A DNA stretch of 64,000 nucleotides from Priapulus caudatus (taxonomy: Eukaryota), in assembly GCF_000485595.1 (NCBI RefSeq), contig NW_014577070.1, positions 708,354 through 772,353 on the forward strand. The letters run 5' to 3'. How positions within the stretch are numbered: position 1 is the first letter of the stretch; the number at the start of each line of letters is the position of its first letter. Below are positions 61,501 to 64,000 of this stretch, piece by piece. Made by a program: the position numbers and the translations under genes. The notes under the pieces were generated by a model. The model was not told the DNA's origin and did not search any database. It worked only from the letters and a program-made list of their open reading frames with translations.

Positions 61501-64000
61501 AATTAACGATCCAACCATGGTTGTTACATGGTTCTTCACGAGAAACTCTTCCAACTGTATACGTACTATTCGTAATATGCATGTTGATTCTCGTAAAAAT
61601 TGGGAATATCTTTGTGTAATGCCTTTCACAAAACACTAATACATGTGCAATTTTTATATAATAAAAATATGTGAAGACAAGAAATTTGTCACTGACATTA
61701 ATGGTTCATTTCGTGGATTAGTGCTACCATGCCGATGTAATTGCATTTGTTATAAAGTTCACAGTGGTCTCTCATCGAGGTTCTATTGCCTGTATTGACA
61801 CTAAAAATTTCCAATCATCAGGTACGAAATACAGAACAAACATGACTTTGGATTCGTTGAAATGGACAATTCCTTCAAACCTGGCCTGAAGATGTTGGTG
61901 AATACAAGTGTGTTGCTGTAAACAAGTATGGCAGGGATGAAACAACAGGTGGCCTAGCATTGATGCCTAGTCTGGCAACTGGAGAACACCCAAGTTACGA
62001 CGCAACTCCAACGCGACTGGTTACGCATCGTGGGTTAATTTACCATAATATAACGAAGAAAAGATAAAAATGTGACTTCGAAAGTGAAATATAATAGTTA
62101 TAGTACACGAATTTTGATGTCCATTTCACGAGATATCTAGGTGTGTGGGAAGTTAATCATTTGAATTATTTTATGCAATTTTGTTTTCTGTATTCATGTA
62201 GTTGTACCAGAAAACACACCAGCACACTTGGATGCCCAAACTGATACCAATTAACGATCCAACATGGTTGTTACATGGTTCTTCAACGAGAAACTCTTTC
62301 CAACTGGTATACGTACTATTCGTAATATGCATGTGATCTGTTAAAAATTGGGAATATCTTTGTGTAATGCTCTTTCACAAACACTAATCATGTGCAATTT
62401 TTAAATATAATAAAAATATGTGAAGACAAGAATCTTGTCCATGAATTATGGTTCATTTCGATGTTAGTGTCTACATGCCATGTAATTGCATTTGTTATAA
62501 AGTTTCCACGTGGTCTACTCATCGAGTTCTATTGCCTGTTATTTTGAATCCACTTAAAAGAATTATCATCATCAGTGTAACCGAAATACAGACAAACTTC
62601 GACTTTGGACTTCGTTTGAAATGGACATTCCTCAAACCTGGCCTGAAGACTGTTGGGTGAATACAAGTGTGTTTGCTGTAACAAGGTTATGGCAGGGATG
62701 AAAACAGGTGGGACTCAATGTTGATGCTTAGTACTGGAACTGGAGAACCACCAAGTTTCACGAGCAACTCAACGACCTGGTAAAGCATTCTTTTGGGTTA
62801 ATTTCCATAATCATACGAAGAAAGATAACTGAAATGTGACTTTGAAAGTGAAATATAATAGCTTTAGTACATGATTTTTATGTGCATTTTCACGAGATAT
62901 TAGGTGTGTGTGAAAGTGATATCAATTTTGAATTAATTTTATGCAATTTTGTTTTCATGTATTTATGTAGTTGTTACAGAAAACACACAGCACATTGGAT
63001 GCAAAACTGATACCATTTTAACGATCAACCATTGCGTTGTTGCTGGTTCTTCAAACGGGAAACTCTTCCAACTGGTATTACGTACTGTTCGTATAGCATG
63101 TGATCTTCGTAAAAATAGGGATATCTTTGTGTAAGTGCCTTTACAAACACTATATACATGTGCATGTCTTATATAATAAAAATATGTGAAGACAAGATCT
63201 TGTTCCATTGACATTAATGGTCATTTCGTGGATTTAGTGTACATGCCAATGTAATTGATTTGTTATAAAGTTAAAAGTGGATCTAATCTATCGAGGTTCT
63301 ATTTGCTGTATTGAACTAAAAATCTCCATCATCAGTCGTAAGAATACGAACCAACTTAATTTGGCTCGTTGAAATGCATTAATCAACTGGCCTGAAGGTC
63401 TTTGTGAATACAAGTGTGTTGCTGTAAACAAGTTATGGCAGGGATGAACAACAGGGTAGCCTAGCCAGTTGATGCCTAGTCTGGAATGGATTAACACAAG
63501 TTTCCGACGCACTCCAGCGACCTGGTAAGATCGTGGAGTTAATTTACATAATTAATAACGAAAGAGAGATTAGAAATGTGACTTCGAAAGTGAACTATAA
63601 TAGTATATATTTTACGGTACACGATATTGGATGTGCATTCACGAAGAATACTTAGCTGTGTGGGAAATGAATCATTTTGATTTATTTTTATGAATTTTTG
63701 TTTTCGTATTTTGTAGTTGCTTACAGAAAACGGCACCAGAACACTTGGATGCAAAACTGATACCAATTAACGTCCAACCTGGTTTGTTACATGGTTCTTC
63801 AACGACGAAACCTATTCAAATGGTTATACATTACTATTCGTATATGCATGTGATTGTAAAATTTGGATTTCTTTGTGTAATGCCTTTCACGAAAACACTA
63901 ATCTGTGCATGTTTATATAATAAAATATGTGAAGACAAGATTTGTCCCTTGAACATTTAATGGTCCATTTCATGGAATTAGTGCTAATGACAATGTTAAT
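1..64000 (+). CDS. sls: Titin-family giant muscle protein (sallimus/kettin/D-titin-like), partial multi-exon gene running off both ends
   Basis: About 90 exons with GT-AG (two GC-AG) boundaries and matching phases. They encode ~45 I-set Ig domains (P.F...L....EG....FE...W..NG...D.G.Y.C.A.N..G) and the kettin signature '[22 protein letters not shown]...HDFGFV.LDI..VYPED.G.Y.CRA.N'. The symbol is assigned by recognition of these motifs. Confidence 0.93.
952..1136. mobile_element. Tc1/mariner (pogo/Tigger-type) MITE
   Basis: TA on both flanks (950-951, 1137-1138). Terminal inverted repeats CAGTGTAGCCCCGTTATAACGCG vs CAGTGGAACCCCGATTTTACGCG (18/23 identical). No ORF. Confidence 0.85.
3007..3058 (+). 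terminator. Candidate intronic cleavage/polyadenylation site
   Basis: AATAAA at 3007-3012, CA dinucleotides about 15-20 nt later, then a GU/U-rich tract (ctgttctgtggtgtctttttt). Confidence 0.35.
4362..8943 (+). CDS. sls: Titin-like exons: Ig domains 1-4 and first half of Ig5
   Basis: Exons 4362-4526, 4654-4804, 5418-5606, 6149-6262, 6775-6941, 7470-7811 (GC donor), 8291-8471, 8711-8943. Phases chain correctly, e.g. [39 protein letters not shown]. Confidence 0.92.
5636..5993. mobile_element. Degenerate non-autonomous DNA transposon (hAT-like MITE)
   Basis: Ends CAGGCTGCGAAC and GTACGAACCCTG (9/12 inverted match), with subterminal (g)tcctggaa(a) reiterations. No clear target-site duplication. 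Confidence 0.5.
6592..6765. repeat. 24-bp minisatellite
   Basis: tttaaactattcgtttaaatccgg about 5-6 times, decaying into the acceptor at 6774. Confidence 0.85.
6970..7100. repeat. (TA)n-rich microsatellite
   Basis: Direct inspection. Confidence 0.9.
9083..9122. repeat. 40-bp near-perfect palindrome
   Basis: caggagtaaattataataaa / tttgttattatttactcctg; the arms match at 18/20. One arm recurs at 27681-27700. Confidence 0.8.
9284..9602. repeat. (TA)n microsatellite spanning assembly gap 9318-9573
   Basis: Direct inspection. Confidence 0.9.
10975..11340. repeat. ~62-bp minisatellite
   Basis: atagctatcttggcttcacgattcagtaccgctacatagacagtgggctcaatatctaattc about 5-6 times, diverged. Confidence 0.85.
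12250..12274. promoter_or_regulatory. CArG box plus E-box (candidate muscle enhancer or internal promoter element)
   Basis: CCTAATAAGG at 12250-12259 fits CC(A/T)6GG, and CAGCTG lies at 12269-12274, in a GC-richer non-repetitive patch of the largest intron. Motif match only. Confidence 0.3.
14362..14593. repeat. (GA)n microsatellite with 10-N gap at 14471-14480
   Basis: Direct inspection. Confidence 0.92.
15587..20829 (+). CDS. sls: Titin-like exons: second half of Ig5, Ig6-8 and Ser/Gln-rich spacer
   Basis: Exons 15587-15745, 17346-17518, 18088-18218, 18695-18861, 19119(or 19122)-19398, 19519-19722, 20539-20829. Ig5 joins across a 6.6-kb intron as [29 protein letters not shown]. Confidence 0.9.
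21315..22022 (-). CDS. PIK3C2A: Class II phosphoinositide 3-kinase, last two coding exons (C-terminal C2 domain), antisense inside a titin intron
   Basis: Exon 22022-21897 (cag|...|gtgaga, 42 codons: [42 protein letters not shown]). Exon 21494-21315 (cag|, 59 aa + [62 protein letters not shown]). The YVKxYLLPDxxKxxKRKTK...PxxNEM...ENxFLG...WYxL pattern matches the class II PI3K (PIK3C2A/B, Pi3K68D) terminal C2 domain as I recall it; the symbol denotes the family. Confidence 0.85.
21605..21890. repeat. (GA)n-rich microsatellite in the PI3K intron
   Basis: Direct inspection. Confidence 0.85.
22577..22702. repeat. (TTG)n/(TTA)n microsatellite ending at 10-N gap 22703-22712
   Basis: Direct inspection. 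Confidence 0.88.
22713..22830. repeat. C-rich ~35-bp minisatellite; one further unit at 20836-20886
   Basis: Core gct[ct]tctgactccct three times. It matches ctggctctctaactccttccct...ccccgg at 20836-20886. Confidence 0.75.
23174..25628 (+). CDS. sls: Titin-like exons: spacer, Ig9, Ig10 (kettin Ig1-like) and spacer
   Basis: Exons 23174-23277, 23434-23556, 23854-24047, 24248-24340 (GC donor), 24621-24794, 25010-25152, 25456-25628 (alternative in-phase donor after 25604). Phases are consistent. Confidence 0.88.
25935..26375. repeat. ~28-bp minisatellite
   Basis: gcaatagtcgatgttcaccgcttcgttc, more than 10 noisy copies. Confidence 0.85.
26386..26664 (+). CDS. sls: Probable titin-like exon (spacer plus first half of Ig11), corrupted by indels
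   Basis: Acceptor tgcag|26386 and donor AAG|gtaggt at 26664. Fragments resembling an Ig N-terminus (RFI..DLSNS..GEVVL) appear in shifting frames. The next exon starts mid-domain (VTWFKD), so this half is required. Confidence 0.6.
26740..27005. repeat. Short tandem repeats (21-30 bp)
   Basis: cactctgcactacattcgtaa and actctgcactgcagtcattacgttt units. Confidence 0.75.
27036..30617 (+). CDS. sls: Titin-like exons: Ig11 (second half) to Ig14, with the ETIWLKPV linker
   Basis: Exons 27036-27582, 28166-28328, 28785-28915, 29523-30071, 30471-30617. They include [21 protein letters not shown]...[17 protein letters not shown] and [14 protein letters not shown], motifs recognisable from insect kettin and vertebrate titin. 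Confidence 0.92.
27631..27680. repeat. (TA)n microsatellite
   Basis: Direct inspection. Confidence 0.92.
28916..28966 (+). repeat. (GTGA)n microsatellite starting exactly at a splice donor
   Basis: CACG|gtgagtgagtgagtgagtgagtgaatgagtgagtgagt. Confidence 0.85.
28975..29390. mobile_element. Degenerate MITE, apparently the same family as 5636-5993
   Basis: Shares gaaagtc[cg]tgga, gtcatggaaa, gtcctggaaa and cctggaaaa subterminal motifs. Boundaries are approximate. Confidence 0.35.
30100..30359. repeat. ~140-bp direct duplication
   Basis: tacatacatacatacatat...gcatggctattaatggagttacggtg occurs twice. Confidence 0.85.
30759..38405 (+). CDS. sls: Titin-like exons: ten linkerless kettin-type Ig domains in a three-domain super-repeat
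   Basis: Exons 30759-30911, 31205-31348, 31746-32048, 32209-32367, 32535-32678, 32865-33017, 33187-33330, 33583-33741, 34047-34187, 34537-34695, 35095-35238, 35688-35984, 36329-36634, 37000-37158, 37410-37553, 37891-38046, 38262-38405. All are phase 1-1 with lengths divisible by 3. Confidence 0.93.
34785..34972. repeat. (GCAC)n/(CA)n compound microsatellite
   Basis: Direct inspection. Confidence 0.88.
35297..35655. repeat. ~52-bp minisatellite
   Basis: acccatccacgagcataggttccgccattctttgctctcgcgtcattcaacg about 7 times. Confidence 0.88.
37568..37772. repeat. 64-bp near-perfect tandem repeat
   Basis: Units start at 37568, 37632, 37696 and 37760 (partial). Confidence 0.92.
38684..51251 (+). 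CDS. sls: Titin-like exons: kettin Ig-plus-linker repeats
   Basis: Exons 38684-38842, 39311-39706, 40047-40190, 40332-40589, 40912-41055, 41532-41801, 41936-42079, 42294-42566, 42754-42897, 43165-43416, 43593-43736, 44070-44486, 44809-45060, 45444-45842, 46332-46475, 47295-47467, 47609-47705, 47882-48025, 48402-48671, 49553-49855, 50106-50519, 50757-50900, 51090-51251. Linker motif K.SI...TQ[HL]PE....I..LE occurs 12 times. Confidence 0.93.
39030..39262. repeat. ~105-bp tandem duplication
   Basis: cactcacggtct[ag]gctagag...gtaacgct[ag]ga...atcaat[ct]cagttatt twice, plus a partial third. Confidence 0.7.
41080..41430. repeat. ~106-bp minisatellite
   Basis: aaccacgtctcta...ttcctt...gaattct...aaagtgatctt...tgaagcga about 3.3 times. 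Confidence 0.82.
45165..45455 (+). repeat. ~90-bp tandem repeat that includes the splice acceptor
   Basis: attagagtt...cggttacaaac[ct]aaaaccttcgc...cag|gcacgcg about 3 times. Confidence 0.75.
45852..46146. repeat. ~41-bp minisatellite
   Basis: ggtttatagcgtggctcttcaacgtttagttggtgttt about 7 times. Confidence 0.88.
46517..46599. repeat. (TTG)n microsatellite
   Basis: Direct inspection. Confidence 0.92.
49942..50072. repeat. 14-bp minisatellite
   Basis: caatcttcttttgt about 9 times. Confidence 0.85.
51458..57630 (+). CDS. sls: Titin-like exons: alternating 105-nt and 198-nt exons, one linkerless Ig per pair
   Basis: Exons 51458-51562, 51851-52048, 52257-52361, 53482-53679, 53819-53923, 54128-54325, 54510-54614, 54883-55079 (1 nt short), 55275-55379 (compensating indels), 55641-55838, 56028-56132, 56393-56589 (1 nt short), 56774-56878, 57144-57341, 57526-57630. 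Confidence 0.85.
54128..57981 (+). repeat. Tandem array of ~751-758 bp exon-intron-exon-intron units
   Basis: Unit starts at 54128, 54883, 55641, 56393, 57144 and ~57894. Introns are nearly identical between units (e.g. gggttaatttaccataatcataa and gtggattagtgctacatgcc). Confidence 0.95.
58007..64000 (+). repeat. Error-rich second copy of 53297 onward, continuing the ~755-bp array
   Basis: After a 25-N gap (57982-58006) the sequence restarts at ctgtaaagtgtgcg, identical to 53297. Unit-specific variants recur in the same order and indel density rises towards 64000. About seven units are visible. Confidence 0.9.

Noticed and set aside
54128..64000. Dscam-like mutually exclusive exon cluster or immune receptor
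   Set aside because: Exons alternate N-half and C-half and chain in frame rather than being alternatives of one exon. The domains are intracellular kettin-type I-set, with no signal or transmembrane segment seen.
58007..64000. Pseudogene call for frameshifted copies
   Set aside because: Indels are scattered equally in introns and exons and increase with distance, which fits raw long-read error better than decay.

Overview
Eukaryotic (invertebrate animal) genomic DNA. Almost the whole window is one internal segment of a very large, intron-rich titin-family muscle gene (sallimus/kettin/D-titin-like) on the + strand; neither its start nor its stop is in the window. I traced about 90 exons by hand, with splice sites and consistent reading phases, from 1 to 57630. 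Protein order: (i) a Pro/Glu/Gln-rich region built from a recurring LPQAGF...[YW]xS[ED]xE...VExRRxIFE module; (ii) about 13 I-set Ig domains with unique spacers, the last four resembling the conserved start of kettin and the Z/I-junction of vertebrate titin; (iii) a linkerless three-Ig super-repeat; (iv) classic kettin Ig-plus-linker repeats; (v) a young tandem array of ~755-bp two-exon units, each adding one Ig domain. That is about 45 Ig domains before the 25-N gap at 57982, after which an error-rich second copy of 53297 onward follows. One titin intron contains, on the - strand, the two intact final exons of a class II PI3-kinase (C-terminal C2 domain); this is either a real insertion or an assembly chimera. 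Introns carry MITEs and many private minisatellites and microsatellites. Several stretches (1-860, 25860-26990, 57890-64000) have indels typical of low-quality sequence. No rRNA, tRNA, CRISPR or prokaryotic features were seen. All homology statements come from recalled family sequences, not from a database search.
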